Source of the DNA: a virus
Length of the DNA stretch: 64,000 bases
Virus record (IMG/VR): IMGVR_UViG_3300025818_000017
Direction: 5' to 3' (one strand)
The position numbers and the translations under genes are program-made. Below are positions 10,236-20,424 of this stretch, in pieces (positions within the stretch are counted from its first letter, which is position 1; every line of letters begins with the position of its first letter). A model generated the notes under the pieces. The model had not been told where the DNA came from. It ran no database searches and saw only the letters and a program-made list of their open reading frames with translations.

Positions 10236-10451
10236 ATGACCAAGCATAACTATGAGATTGTATGGTTGCCCATCGGTGATGATGAATATATAGAGAAGTG
10301 TACTAAATGCGATACTCTTAGAACTTATGATGGTGCGTTTGGATTGAGGGAAATACCTAGCTCTTCGGTTTCACCCTGCGAACCAGTTGTATGTTCGTTC
10401 TCTTTATCCTTTTGGCTGAAATCTCTGCTAGGCTTACATAAGGACCGCTAA
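10236..10451 (+). CDS. Small hypothetical protein (CxxC)
   Basis: ORF; 3' end overlaps a convergent gene. Confidence 0.4.
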   Translation: MTKHNYEIVWLPIGDDEYIEKCTKCDTLRTYDGAFGLREIPSSSVSPCEPVVCSFSLSFWLKSLLGLHKDR

Positions 10452-10746
10452 CGATATCACAGTCTTTACTGTTTAATGTTGTAAGACAATGCTTTACTGG
10501 TTCCCAGTTTTCTTTGAGGAAGATATTGATGGGAATCATTCTATTACTTTCCCACCACCAAGTATCCCCTAGTTCTAGGAACAAGCGTTTTTCCTCCAAG
10601 CTTTTCAACTTAGAATAATCATATAGGCTGGTAATCATTTTATCCTTATTTTGGATAATACCAACGTATTCCCCGCCCCCATATGTCAAATGAGATATAA
10701 AAGGGTATCGCTCTGCGATTTTAGCAAAAAGGTCTTCATCTTCCAT
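10357..10746 (-). CDS. Conserved phage hypothetical protein
   Basis: ORF 5 nt downstream of a perfect minus-strand TATAAATA. Confidence 0.75.
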   Translation of the reverse strand: MEDEDLFAKIAERYPFISHLTYGGGEYVGIIQNKDKMITSLYDYSKLKSLEEKRLFLELGDTWWWESNRMIPINIFLKENWEPVKHCLTTLNSKDCDIVSGPYVSLAEISAKRIKRTNIQLVRRVKPKS

Positions 10747-10751
10747 CTTGG

Positions 10752-10782
10752 TATTTATAAGTTGGGAATGAGGGGATAAATA
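10752..10782. promoter_or_regulatory. Back-to-back T4-type late promoters
   Basis: Minus-strand TATAAATA at 10752-10759 and plus-strand TAAATA at 10777-10782, each 5 nt from an ATG. Confidence 0.7.
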
Positions 10783-10787
10783 ATAAC

Positions 10788-11546
10788 ATGATCAAACAGG
10801 ACGTATTTTTATATAAGCAGACAATGAAAGTCAACTTGACCGAGAGCGTCCTCGTGCCAGGGAGAGATGAAATGTTTTATGCTAGACCAATGCAACTTTA
10901 TAGAGGCGTTGATAATACGGTACATTTTCAGTTCCGTAATAATGACCAGAAGAAAGTGGCAATCCACCAAAAAACAATCACTTTTAACATTATTGATAAC
11001 GCTGACCACACAACCCACCTAACCAGAACAATGACGATTGAGGATGGCAATAATGGTATTGCTAAACTGGTTATTTCAGAAGCAGATTTACTAGATATCA
11101 AGGAACAGTATTACACTTGGAGCGTAAAGGTTGTGAATGGTGAAGGTGATGAATATGTAGCCTACACTGATGATAACTTTGGTGCGAGAGGCGAGCTACA
11201 AGTCAAGCATGGTGTATACCCAGAGTTTATGGAAAGCGTAAGTGTTGGTTTCCGTGGTGGTAATACCACAGCCGCTATTGATGCGAAACCACGCCTAAAC
11301 AATAACGCAGCACTTCATACCGCACAGTTTTATTTTGACCAAGCATATACAGGCACCATCACCGTTCAAGGCACGATGGACAATGTTGCTAACCAAGTAT
11401 CCGCTAACTGGTTTGATATCAAGACAGTCACTTATACAGCCGACAGTAGCCCACAATATACCACTTGGAATGGTGTGTTTAGTGCTGTTAGGTTTGTAAA
11501 AGCCGACACAACAGGAACAGTGAGTTCAGTACTGTATAGACACTAA
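10788..11546 (+). CDS. Putative virion protein, BppU-like baseplate domain
   Basis: Beta-rich; LYRGVDNTVHFQFRN and GIAKLVIS motifs; late promoter. Confidence 0.5.
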   Translation: MIKQDVFLYKQTMKVNLTESVLVPGRDEMFYARPMQLYRGVDNTVHFQFRNNDQKKVAIHQKTITFNIIDNADHTTHLTRTMTIEDGNNGIAKLVISEADLLDIKEQYYTWSVKVVNGEGDEYVAYTDDNFGARGELQVKHGVYPEFMESVSVGFRGGNTTAAIDAKPRLNNNAALHTAQFYFDQAYTGTITVQGTMDNVANQVSANWFDIKTVTYTADSSPQYTTWNGVFSAVRFVKADTTGTVSSVLYRH

Positions 11547-12133
11547 TGAGAGCAACAGAGTTCATCGCCGAATATCGCAACACAGATGACCCCGCTCTCC
11601 GAAAATGGTTTGCTGGTTCAAAGGTTGTGGATAAAGATAGAAAGCCGTTGATTGTATATCACGGCACATTGTTCAACGATGAAATCAAGTCGTTCCACGA
11701 TTTATCACATTTTGGAACACAAGGTGCTGCTAATGCTCGTATTGAAGACTTACTAAATCTTCACCCGTCAGCACGTGGATATAATCAACCATCTCCTGGC
11801 GAAGAAAAACCGCACATTTATCCCGTATATCTAAAAATCGTCAATCCAATACAACTACCAGATTTGGCCGAATGGCATTGGAGTGATATGTGGATGGAAC
11901 TTATAAAGACACACGAAGATGAGATTGGTAAACTCCTAAAAGATGACTATGGCGATGAATACGAAAGCACTTGGGATATGCTTGATGCTCTACAAACGTA
12001 TGATGAAAACCCATGGGAGTTTTTGAAGTCGTTGGGGCACGATGGTGTTTACTATGTGAATGCCCACGAAGATAAAGGCAAGATAAGTTGGATTCCATTT
12101 AGCGGCAAACAAGTGATGAGTGCGTTTGGATGA
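11546..12133 (+). CDS. ADP-ribosyltransferase-like (ART-PolyVal type) protein with CTS-like N-terminus
   Basis: WFAGSKVVD..KPLIVYHGT, HFGT, IYPVYLKIVNP, GHDGV; N-terminus MRATEFIAE. Confidence 0.6.
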   Translation: MRATEFIAEYRNTDDPALRKWFAGSKVVDKDRKPLIVYHGTLFNDEIKSFHDLSHFGTQGAANARIEDLLNLHPSARGYNQPSPGEEKPHIYPVYLKIVNPIQLPDLAEWHWSDMWMELIKTHEDEIGKLLKDDYGDEYESTWDMLDALQTYDENPWEFLKSLGHDGVYYVNAHEDKGKISWIPFSGKQVMSAFG

Positions 12134-12762
12134 GATTTGTAGGCTTCGGCTGTTCTTGGATGTACGGTTCAGAACTGGAACATTCAGTTGATCCATCGTT
12201 ATCATGGCACGAAAAGATAAAATATCAACACCAGAACTGTTTCCTTGGGTTATTGGGCGACAACGAAAATCTTTCTGACCCTGGTGGTTCTCTGAAATCT
12301 ATGTTCTATAAGTTTATGAATCATCAGGCAACAGCCGATACGGATGAAGTTTTTTATATCTTTGCCTTTACCACACCATCCCGTGAAAGTTGGTATGATA
12401 GCGACAAAAAAGAATGGAAGCATAGTTCTTGGATAAGCGACACAACATTGTTTGAAAACTCTTATAAAGACTATGTAACCCATACATGGTCGCCAGAATA
12501 CGAAAAGATACAATATACCGCAATGGTATCTGCTATGCTGAATACAGCAAGAGCCAAAGGTTTTAGATATATAGGGTTCAACGCTTTGAAGTCACCATAT
12601 ATCGTAAAAGACCCTAATATGTTTTGGGCTGGAACGAGTATGGAAGAACATATGAAACCAGAACAACTATGTGACGGTGGGCACCCGAATGAAGATGGGC
12701 ATAAATGGATTGCGGGTAGGATCAAGGAATTTATAGACACAGCCTATCCAGGTTTGCTATAA
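12130..12762 (+). CDS. SGNH/GDSL hydrolase-like protein, paralog 2
   Basis: FGCSWMYG and DGGHP motifs. Confidence 0.6.
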   Translation: MRFVGFGCSWMYGSELEHSVDPSLSWHEKIKYQHQNCFLGLLGDNENLSDPGGSLKSMFYKFMNHQATADTDEVFYIFAFTTPSRESWYDSDKKEWKHSSWISDTTLFENSYKDYVTHTWSPEYEKIQYTAMVSAMLNTARAKGFRYIGFNALKSPYIVKDPNMFWAGTSMEEHMKPEQLCDGGHPNEDGHKWIAGRIKEFIDTAYPGLL

Positions 12763-12769
12763 TAACTCT

Positions 12770-13804
12770 ATGAATATCATCCAGCAGACCGTCCACGATG
12801 CGTGGGTTTTTGGTCGTAGAACGAAAAAAGCATCCAAAGGATGGCTTACAGGTAATGCTGTGTGCTGTATTCATAATGGTGAGACACAAGATACTCGTGG
12901 TCGCGGTGGTATCATCATGGAAAACGACACGATATCTTATCATTGTTTTAATTGCGGTTTCAAAACTGGCTGGAAACCTGGTTGGCATCTATCATATAAG
13001 ATGCGTAAGCTTATGGGATGGATGGGTGTTGACGAGAGTACAGTCAAACGGATGGTATTTGAGAGTATGCGTGTCCGTGATGAAATCGGTATCGTTGAGG
13101 AAACAGAAGAGTTCAAACCAAAGCTTGATTTCAAGGTGCATGACCTACCCGACAAAGCCAAGCGGATAGGCGATACACTACTATGGTACGCAGTCGGTGA
13201 TGAGAACCTTGAGAACGTCGATGAGAACCTAACGGAAGTTATTGAGTATGCCCATGACCGTGGTCTTAGTCCCGCACAGATAGAAGATATGTACTGGACA
13301 CCAGACCCAATAAACAAGTTAAAAAAGATGAATAGACGCTTGATTATACCGATGACTTGGGAAAACCAGATTGTCGGGTATACGGCTAGGTCTATTGAGA
13401 ATAACAAAGTAAAGTATCTCAATGAGTACGACAGTGATTATGTATATAACATTGACAGACAGTTACCAGATGCTAAGTTTGCTATACTTGTAGAGGGACC
13501 GCTAGATGCACAATCCATAGGCGGCGTTGGTATACTGGGGAGCGAGATATCAGAAGTCAAAGCTGATATCATTGATAGATTGGGCAGAGAGATTATCCTA
13601 GTGCCTGACCGTGATAGCAAAGGTCAGAAACTGGTTGACTTGGCGCTTGAGTATGGATGGAGTGTATCGTTTCCAGATTGGGAAGCTCACGATGTGAACG
13701 ATGCAGTACAACTATATGGTAAAGTATACACACTCAAAAAAATTCTAGAGTGTAAATACGACACACGGTTAAAGATTGAATTGATGAGGAAAAAATACGT
13801 ATGA
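12770..13804 (+). CDS. DNA primase (gp61/DnaG-like)
   Basis: Zn-binding CCIH..HCFNCG, TOPRIM VEGPLDA and PDRD. Confidence 0.85.
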   Translation: MNIIQQTVHDAWVFGRRTKKASKGWLTGNAVCCIHNGETQDTRGRGGIIMENDTISYHCFNCGFKTGWKPGWHLSYKMRKLMGWMGVDESTVKRMVFESMRVRDEIGIVEETEEFKPKLDFKVHDLPDKAKRIGDTLLWYAVGDENLENVDENLTEVIEYAHDRGLSPAQIEDMYWTPDPINKLKKMNRRLIIPMTWENQIVGYTARSIENNKVKYLNEYDSDYVYNIDRQLPDAKFAILVEGPLDAQSIGGVGILGSEISEVKADIIDRLGREIILVPDRDSKGQKLVDLALEYGWSVSFPDWEAHDVNDAVQLYGKVYTLKKILECKYDTRLKIELMRKKYV

Positions 13805-15183
13805 ACTATTCACCAGACTTACAAAAGCTATTTCTAGAAATGATGGTTGAGAACCCTGAGAGCTTTGTGCGAGTACAGGATATCTACAACGTAGCTAACT
13901 TTGATAAGTCTTTGAAAAAACCCGCAACTTTTATTTCCGATCATGTCAAAGACCATTCTATAATGCCGACACGACAGCAAATCAAAGCTGCAACCGGTGT
14001 AGAACTGCAAGAAGTCCCTGATGTTGGGGAAGACCATTATGATTGGTTCTATAAAGAGTTTGAAGGTTTCACCAAACAACAAGAGCTAAATCGTGCTATT
14101 CTACTGGCGGCAGACCTTATTGAAAAACAAGAATATGACCCAGTTGAGAAGATTATCAAAGATGCTGTACAAATCAGTCTAACCAAAGACTTGGGTACTG
14201 ACTACTTTGAAGACCCACGCTCACGACTTCTTTCATTGAAGGATAGCAACGGTCAAGTAAGTACTGGCTGGCCTACACTGGATAAGAGGTTGTTCGGTGG
14301 TTTCAATCGTGGTGAGTTGAACATCTTTGCTGGTGGTTCTGGTTCTGGTAAGTCATTGTTTATGCAAAACCTAGCTGTAAACTGGGTAACAAAAGGTCTA
14401 AATGGTGTTTACCTAACATTAGAACTGTCAGAAGAACTATGCTCTATGCGTCTTGATAGTATGGTGGCTAACCATAGCTCAAAGGAGATATTCAAGAAGC
14501 TTGACGATGTTGAGATGAAAGTCAAGATGGTTGGGAAGAAGTCCGGGCATATGCGTATCAAGTATATGCCAGCGCAGAGTAATGTCAACCATATTAGAGC
14601 ATATCTAAAAGAGCTACAGGTAAAGACAGGGAAGAAAGTAGACTTCCTGTGCGTCGATTACTTAGACCTATTGATGCCAGTTGGTGTGAAGGTAAACCCA
14701 AGTGACCAGTTTATCAAAGACAAATATGTATCGGAAGAACTACGTAACCTAGCTAAAGAGCTTGATGTACTTTTCGTCACAGCATCACAGCTAAACCGTT
14801 CAGCAGTTGAAGAGATTGAGTTTGACCATTCACATATCTCTGGTGGTATTTCTAAAATCAATACAGCAGATAATCTTATTGGTATCTTCACGAGCCGTAC
14901 TCACCGTGAGCGTGGTATCTATCAAATCCAGTTGATGAAAACACGTAGTAGTTCAGGCGTAGGACAAAAGATCGATCTAGGGTTTGATATAGATACTCTA
15001 AGGATTACGGATATAGGAGAGGATGCCCAGGATCATGGTAGTGAACCACCTTCTGACATTATGAAGAAGATAAAAGATAGGCAGACTAGCGAAGATGATG
15101 CGGAACAGGGAGAACCTATACACGTGAAAGCGGATATTCAGTCAGCAAAACTGAAAGATATGCTGAGTAGGCTGAGTAACTAA
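13801..15183 (+). CDS. Replicative DNA helicase (gp41/DnaB-like)
   Basis: Walker A AGGSGSGKS, TLELS, VDYLDL, ASQLNRS. Confidence 0.9.
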   Translation: MNYSPDLQKLFLEMMVENPESFVRVQDIYNVANFDKSLKKPATFISDHVKDHSIMPTRQQIKAATGVELQEVPDVGEDHYDWFYKEFEGFTKQQELNRAILLAADLIEKQEYDPVEKIIKDAVQISLTKDLGTDYFEDPRSRLLSLKDSNGQVSTGWPTLDKRLFGGFNRGELNIFAGGSGSGKSLFMQNLAVNWVTKGLNGVYLTLELSEELCSMRLDSMVANHSSKEIFKKLDDVEMKVKMVGKKSGHMRIKYMPAQSNVNHIRAYLKELQVKTGKKVDFLCVDYLDLLMPVGVKVNPSDQFIKDKYVSEELRNLAKELDVLFVTASQLNRSAVEEIEFDHSHISGGISKINTADNLIGIFTSRTHRERGIYQIQLMKTRSSSGVGQKIDLGFDIDTLRITDIGEDAQDHGSEPPSDIMKKIKDRQTSEDDAEQGEPIHVKADIQSAKLKDMLSRLSN

Positions 15184-15995
15184 GCACGTTTTATATACTT
15201 GATCGTGTTGCTTCTACGGTACTGATCTTCTAAGAGGTCAATATCCAACACTTTACCTATGCATATTGTATCTGTATAATCACTGTGATCATATGAGTTT
15301 AGGTTCCAGTGTTTCATCCATTCGCTTTCGTACTCTTTCCACCATTCTAGCATTTCTGGGTTATCGGAGTTTTGCACGTATCCGTCTTCTAGCAACACAT
15401 TCGTATTTACGAAGATGTCGGTGAACGGTTTGATGAGTTCATTGACCCTAGATTGGAGGTTTGGTTCATTGTTTCTGAAGTATGAGCTAGGCGTTTTTCC
15501 CAACTCTGTCCATGTTATAAGTATACTTCCTCTTCTGTGGTTTAATTTTTGTAGCTTTCTGTCTTCTGCGGTTATTTTTCTTGATAACAACCCAGTTTTC
15601 GAGAAATAATCAATGATTATGCGCTTGAGCGGTTTATTTCTTGTTTTTAGTAAACCCTCTATCTTATGGATACACATATGTATAATTTGAAGGTCTGTGT
15701 CTTTACAGTACTTTACACAATTCACTTCATAAATCTGGTGAGCGTAGTTACACCATTCCTGGTTGATATTTCTTTCTATATCAATACCAAGAGAAAACTT
15801 ATCTGAATACTTCTTCACCTCCGAGACGTAAAAAGATATATCTTCGGTAGAATAAGGGTTGTACATTGGATGTTGTAATGCTTCAAGATGCTGAAAATGC
15901 TTGGACTGTTTATACCACCAGTTTGCGGTATAGTTGTCGTATATTTCGCATGGAATAGTCATACCATCTTGAAGAACAAGATTGACTGTTTTCAT
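15180..15995 (-). CDS. Hypothetical protein
   Basis: Long ORF starting 4 nt after minus-strand TAAATA. Confidence 0.7.
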   Translation of the reverse strand: MKTVNLVLQDGMTIPCEIYDNYTANWWYKQSKHFQHLEALQHPMYNPYSTEDISFYVSEVKKYSDKFSLGIDIERNINQEWCNYAHQIYEVNCVKYCKDTDLQIIHMCIHKIEGLLKTRNKPLKRIIIDYFSKTGLLSRKITAEDRKLQKLNHRRGSILITWTELGKTPSSYFRNNEPNLQSRVNELIKPFTDIFVNTNVLLEDGYVQNSDNPEMLEWWKEYESEWMKHWNLNSYDHSDYTDTICIGKVLDIDLLEDQYRRSNTIKYIKRA

Positions 15996-16002
15996 ACGGT
16001 AT

Positions 16003-16488
16003 TTATTTGTTGAAAGTCATTCCGCCAAACATTCTTACAGAGTTATAGCACACGGATATTTTCCAAGGTGCGGCTGGTGGTTCTGCTGCTTCCATACCTT
16101 TTTTAAATATATCATCACAAACCTTGCGTGATACTTGCCAATCTGCTACATCTACTCTACGTAGTGTTTGATATAAAAGATCGTGGATAACTGCTGCTCT
16201 TGCGATATCCCACGGCGAAATAACAACCCAAGCCCCTCTTGGAATACTTGCTAAATCGGTAATGAAGCCTTCATTACAAGTGAGTGTGATGGTTCTTACA
16301 CCTTTGACTTTTCTGCTACGAAGGTTCTTGGTTTTAGTAAGACCCATTTCTTTTAGGATTTCATATTCTTCATCAGTGCCTTCCCAAGTGAAAGATAGTG
16401 CTTCACTTAGTTCCCAGCGATATTTTACCTTTTTTTCGTATGGTCCGGGACCGAGAAAGTTTGCTTTTAGAAGACCGTTAAAGCCCAT
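16003..16488 (-). CDS. DUF1353-family protein
   Basis: GFITDLASIPR and AAVIHDLLY motifs; GGAG SD. Confidence 0.8.
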   Translation of the reverse strand: MGFNGLLKANFLGPGPYEKKVKYRWELSEALSFTWEGTDEEYEILKEMGLTKTKNLRSRKVKGVRTITLTCNEGFITDLASIPRGAWVVISPWDIARAAVIHDLLYQTLRRVDVADWQVSRKVCDDIFKKGMEAAEPPAAPWKISVCYNSVRMFGGMTFNK

Positions 16489-16539
16489 GATTGTTCTCCA
16501 ATTCTTTTATGTATTTATTTTACAAGGGCTAAATATAGT

Positions 16540-16788
16540 ATGATGAAACGCAAAACCCGTAGCATTCTAGAAGAACTAGACAGTATAGTAATAGAGCGTG
16601 ATAGAGTTCACGTTCTAGAGAATCGTGGTAATAATATTATCGATTCTGCTATGAATCTTATATCAATGATTCACGAGAGTTATGATCAAGAGACAGCAGC
16701 AGATTTGGAAAAACGACTTATCAACGCTATCCGTACTAAAGACCCTAGAAAGTTTATCAGGGGTGTGAAGAAGTTGAGGGACTACTAA
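16540..16788 (+). CDS. Conserved hypothetical late protein
   Basis: TAAATA-N4-ATG. Confidence 0.7.
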   Translation: MMKRKTRSILEELDSIVIERDRVHVLENRGNNIIDSAMNLISMIHESYDQETAADLEKRLINAIRTKDPRKFIRGVKKLRDY

Positions 16789-17033
16789 TGGCTGATATTA
16801 AGAAACTTATGGACACAATCACCGAAATAGAACGCAGCACAGAACTAGATGATTTTGCTGCTGGGAAGACGGATGATTTTAAGAAAAAATGGGCAAGAGC
16901 AAATGCTGAAATGAGAAAGCTTATTGGTCTATATATACAGTACAAGCATAATATGAATCTGGCTGATATTAATGACGAGATTTATGCCTTGGATTCTATT
17001 ATAGCTAAAATTAACGATAAGATGTACGGGTAA
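16788..17033 (+). CDS. Hypothetical protein, possible internal head protein
   Basis: N-terminus MADIKKLMDTITE. Confidence 0.55.
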   Translation: MADIKKLMDTITEIERSTELDDFAAGKTDDFKKKWARANAEMRKLIGLYIQYKHNMNLADINDEIYALDSIIAKINDKMYG

Positions 17034-17041
17034 AATAACTA

Positions 17042-17827
17042 ATGACTGAATACACTTTTTGGAAAGACGATATTTTTGAGAATGAAGAAGACAAATGGCT
17101 TGAAGAGAGACAGTGGATTAGTATTCCTGTTTCTGAGAGTTCTGAGAAGTATTCCTTTCTAAAAGGCGAACTACAGGAAGCCCGTTATATTCGTATTCCA
17201 CGCAACGCCGCTGGACATACGATGGCGGATATCGGTGAAACCTTTTTTGAGCATATGATTATGCTACAGCAACTACGCCACGAAAACCCAGAAGCCGCTG
17301 CAAAATACGCCAAAGACACACTAAAGTTCTATGACTTTAGTAATGTCCGTTCTGGTGCTACCGACCTACATAACCTTGCTTCTATCATTATGAATCCAAG
17401 CAAGTTTAAGGATGAGGTTGGCGCTGATAGCGGTATTCGTATTCCAGAACTACAGTTTAAGCGTTGGTTACGAGATATCAAGGCGGGTAATATGAATACA
17501 TCTGTTGATAGGCAGTTTCTATATAAGCTAGAGAAAGAACTTGGTATCAAAAACAGTATTCTTCGTAATATGAGAAGAATCGTTCAGGACTATTCTATGG
17601 CTTCCCCCAATGAACGCAAAATGATATCAACAAGACTAATGCTACATTTCCGTCAGGATCGTCGTTTTATGAGTGATATCTTCAAGCCTTGGGCAAGTAC
17701 CACAAAAGGTATGGTTCCTAATCCTGAAGATATGGAAAAAGCACAGGATAAGGGTTTCAAAGTACCATTATGGGCGAAGGCTGCTGGGGCATTTGCCGCT
17801 GGATATTGGTTAGGTACTAAAATATAG
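17042..17827 (+). CDS. Hypothetical protein with C-terminal hydrophobic segment
   Basis: Long ORF in late cluster. Confidence 0.7.
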   Translation: MTEYTFWKDDIFENEEDKWLEERQWISIPVSESSEKYSFLKGELQEARYIRIPRNAAGHTMADIGETFFEHMIMLQQLRHENPEAAAKYAKDTLKFYDFSNVRSGATDLHNLASIIMNPSKFKDEVGADSGIRIPELQFKRWLRDIKAGNMNTSVDRQFLYKLEKELGIKNSILRNMRRIVQDYSMASPNERKMISTRLMLHFRQDRRFMSDIFKPWASTTKGMVPNPEDMEKAQDKGFKVPLWAKAAGAFAAGYWLGTKI

Positions 17828-17921
17828 AGTTATTATAGGTATTTTTTCAACGAAAATGATAAATAAAAGTAAGGAAGTAGTTTATCTACGACCATTACAT
17901 TTTAGATAAAGGAATAGTAAA

Positions 17922-18329
17922 ATGGCAACAGTAACAAGAACAAATGGTAGTGCATTTGGTGTACCACACGTTGACCGTGCCACAGCAGGTAGCGGTGCAA
18001 TCACAGCAGACGAAGCAGTAATCCTAGACGGACCACAGCTTGACTTCTTCTCAATCGTCGTTCAGACACCATCTGACGACAACGTTGACCTACGCAACGA
18101 ACTAGATGCTGGCGAAGCAGTTGAAGGAATTCTAACAGAAATCCAAACTCGCGGCACAATCGCTATGTATCAAGTTGAAGGTGATAACACAGGTCACATT
18201 TCCGTAGCTGTTTACCCAGCAGGCGTTTGGACAGCAGCAACACTACAAACTGCACTTCGTGCAATCTCACCAAACTCACTAGAAATTGGTGGCACAGACG
18301 TAACAGACTCAGGCTTCGAACTAGTCTAA
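17922..18329 (+). CDS. Putative abundant virion structural protein
   Basis: Late promoter, AAGGA SD, strongly biased codons, followed by terminator. Confidence 0.55.
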   Translation: MATVTRTNGSAFGVPHVDRATAGSGAITADEAVILDGPQLDFFSIVVQTPSDDNVDLRNELDAGEAVEGILTEIQTRGTIAMYQVEGDNTGHISVAVYPAGVWTAATLQTALRAISPNSLEIGGTDVTDSGFELV

Positions 18330-18352
18330 GGTTAGTTACTAACTGATTTGGG

Positions 18353-18383
18353 AAAGCCCGGCTTTTAGTCGGGCTTTTTCTTT
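18353..18383 (+). terminator. Rho-independent terminator
   Basis: AAAGCCCGGC-tttta-GTCGGGCTTT plus T run. Confidence 0.85.
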
Positions 18384-18399
18384 GCCTATAAATATCCCT

Positions 18400-18807
18400 A
18401 TGAATAACCTTGAGTGTTTGTATAGGAAACATCCTAACATAAAACCTACCCCCTTACATAAACTATCTCCGACAACATATCATATGGATGGTCGATGGGA
18501 ATGGCGGGACTTACCTAGTCTTCAAAAAGATGGATTGATATACCCAATACTTTACCGTAAAGTCACACCAGAATGGTGGAATAAAACATTTACAAACGCT
18601 TTTAAACACCTAGAATGCTGGGACAAAATAAAAGACCCAAAGATAAACGAAGATGGTATGATATGGTCTATTTCTCTTGGGAACAATCGTATTATATGTG
18701 CGGAACATCTTGGGTATGACCATATTGACGCTATATTCTTTGATAATCTACCAAAACTAGTCAAGTACACCCATTTCATAAAAGAACAGAATCCCTACAA
18801 GGCATAA
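18400..18807 (+). CDS. ParB/Srx-like domain protein
   Basis: GLIYPI and GNNRI motifs; TATAAATA-N5-ATG. Confidence 0.45.
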   Translation: MNNLECLYRKHPNIKPTPLHKLSPTTYHMDGRWEWRDLPSLQKDGLIYPILYRKVTPEWWNKTFTNAFKHLECWDKIKDPKINEDGMIWSISLGNNRIICAEHLGYDHIDAIFFDNLPKLVKYTHFIKEQNPYKA

Positions 18808-18814
18808 ATACCAT

Positions 18815-19285
18815 ATGCGACTATTTGATTTATTTGAGACACGCACCGACGAATCCCTAAAGGACTTCAGCTATGATATGGTAAAAACTGTCATGGATAT
18901 GTTTGATATTGGGCAAGAGTTGGCTATTGAGGTAGTTGATAGAGTTCAGGATTATGATGCCGCCGCATTGGCTCAAACATTAGAGCGTGGTGACCGTAGA
19001 GGTTTCGCACAACTGTATACCGATGCTAAAGCATCACTTGACGAAGGTATGGCGTGGGGAAGAAGCGGTAATAAGGTCGTAAAGAAGTTTCGTTGTACAG
19101 GTGGTCCAAGAAACGGTAGAGTAGTATCCAAGCCAGCACAATGTTTTGCTCCACCCGACATCAAAAAGCGTATGACTCTAAAGCGCACAAAAGCGAAAAT
19201 GGGCAAGAAAATGGCTCGTAAGCGTAAAAAGACAATGCGTACAAATGCGGCATCAAAGCGTGTCCAAGCAATGAATAAAAGGTAA
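18815..19285 (+). CDS. Putative head-associated protein with acidic N-half and very basic C-half
   Basis: MRLFDLFE N-terminus; K/R-rich tail. Confidence 0.6.
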   Translation: MRLFDLFETRTDESLKDFSYDMVKTVMDMFDIGQELAIEVVDRVQDYDAAALAQTLERGDRRGFAQLYTDAKASLDEGMAWGRSGNKVVKKFRCTGGPRNGRVVSKPAQCFAPPDIKKRMTLKRTKAKMGKKMARKRKKTMRTNAASKRVQAMNKR

Positions 19286-19289
19286 AAAA

Positions 19290-20186
19290 ATGAAAATCAA
19301 CCAGATTATCACCGAAAAATCAAGTAGTAAGAAACAGGCTAAGACAATGACAGCAGCTTGTAAATCTGCAAAGTTCCGCAAGAAGGTAGATATTCCTAAG
19401 AAAGTTGCTTGTGATTATCACGAGAAAGATAAAGGAACGTTTCATGAATCAATGGGACCAGACAGAAGCCAAACATCAAAGTTATTTTATAGTCGTGTCA
19501 TAAACCATTTGAAATATTGGATTGATGCTGTTCGCCACGAATATATTCTTCATTGGCCTAAACTAGAAAGTTATATGCATGATTTGCTTACCGATAACGA
19601 ATATTGGACTTGGAAAAACAACTTCAATGGGCGATTCCCGACAAGACTAAAAGTTCAACTTGACCTGTTGGGAAATATTACGAAGAATTATTATGATAGT
19701 ATTAGAAATATCCCCGGTAAGGTTCCAAGTAGAGAACAAAAAAATGCCGCATATCAGCAATTCAAAGAAGATTATACTGAAGCTATGATCAAATTTGCCG
19801 AACATATGCAAAAGTATTATAACGCTGAAATCAAGCCGTATATTGGCGGTGTGACTGAAGACATCAATGATATAGAATTCCAACAACAGAATAACATTGT
19901 TATGAAAACAAAAGACGGCCAGGATGTGAATACCAATATGGATGATCCAGCAACACCAACTCTTGTTCGTAACAAACAAACCAAGAAGCTTGAAGTAAAA
20001 CCGGCTGGCGAAAATCTAAACAAAGCTGAATACGATGCCGTTGATGATACTGACCCAAATAAAGCTAAGAAAGTTCAGCAAGAACTAGAAAAACAGAAAA
20101 AAGAACAGGAGCGTGAAGCCCGTAAAGCACAACTACAGGCACAACGTCAGCAAACAACCACAGGCACAGGAGCAACCGGAGCCTAA
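19290..20186 (+). CDS. Hypothetical protein, possible internal head protein
   Basis: MKINQIITE N-terminus. Confidence 0.6.
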   Translation: MKINQIITEKSSSKKQAKTMTAACKSAKFRKKVDIPKKVACDYHEKDKGTFHESMGPDRSQTSKLFYSRVINHLKYWIDAVRHEYILHWPKLESYMHDLLTDNEYWTWKNNFNGRFPTRLKVQLDLLGNITKNYYDSIRNIPGKVPSREQKNAAYQQFKEDYTEAMIKFAEHMQKYYNAEIKPYIGGVTEDINDIEFQQQNNIVMKTKDGQDVNTNMDDPATPTLVRNKQTKKLEVKPAGENLNKAEYDAVDDTDPNKAKKVQQELEKQKKEQEREARKAQLQAQRQQTTTGTGATGA

Positions 20187-20187
20187 A

Positions 20188-20424
20188 ATGAAACTGGCAG
20201 AAATTTTAAACAGCGTCCCAACTTTCATAACTAATGATGAGGCATCTCTTGCTAACCGTATCAAACACGAGGGGAAAGTCAACAAGAAAGACTTGACCGA
20301 GCAAGATTTGGTTATTGCTGATACGTTAGTTAATAAGAATGTGTTGAAGAGACGGAGAAATGGAAAGGAAGTCTATTTTGTCAGAAACGATGATAAACAA
20401 GATAATCAACCGATTACTGATTGA
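20188..20424 (+). CDS. Small hypothetical protein
   Basis: Start at ATG20188 (MKLAEIL), just after the upstream stop. Confidence 0.6.
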   Translation: MKLAEILNSVPTFITNDEASLANRIKHEGKVNKKDLTEQDLVIADTLVNKNVLKRRRNGKEVYFVRNDDKQDNQPITD

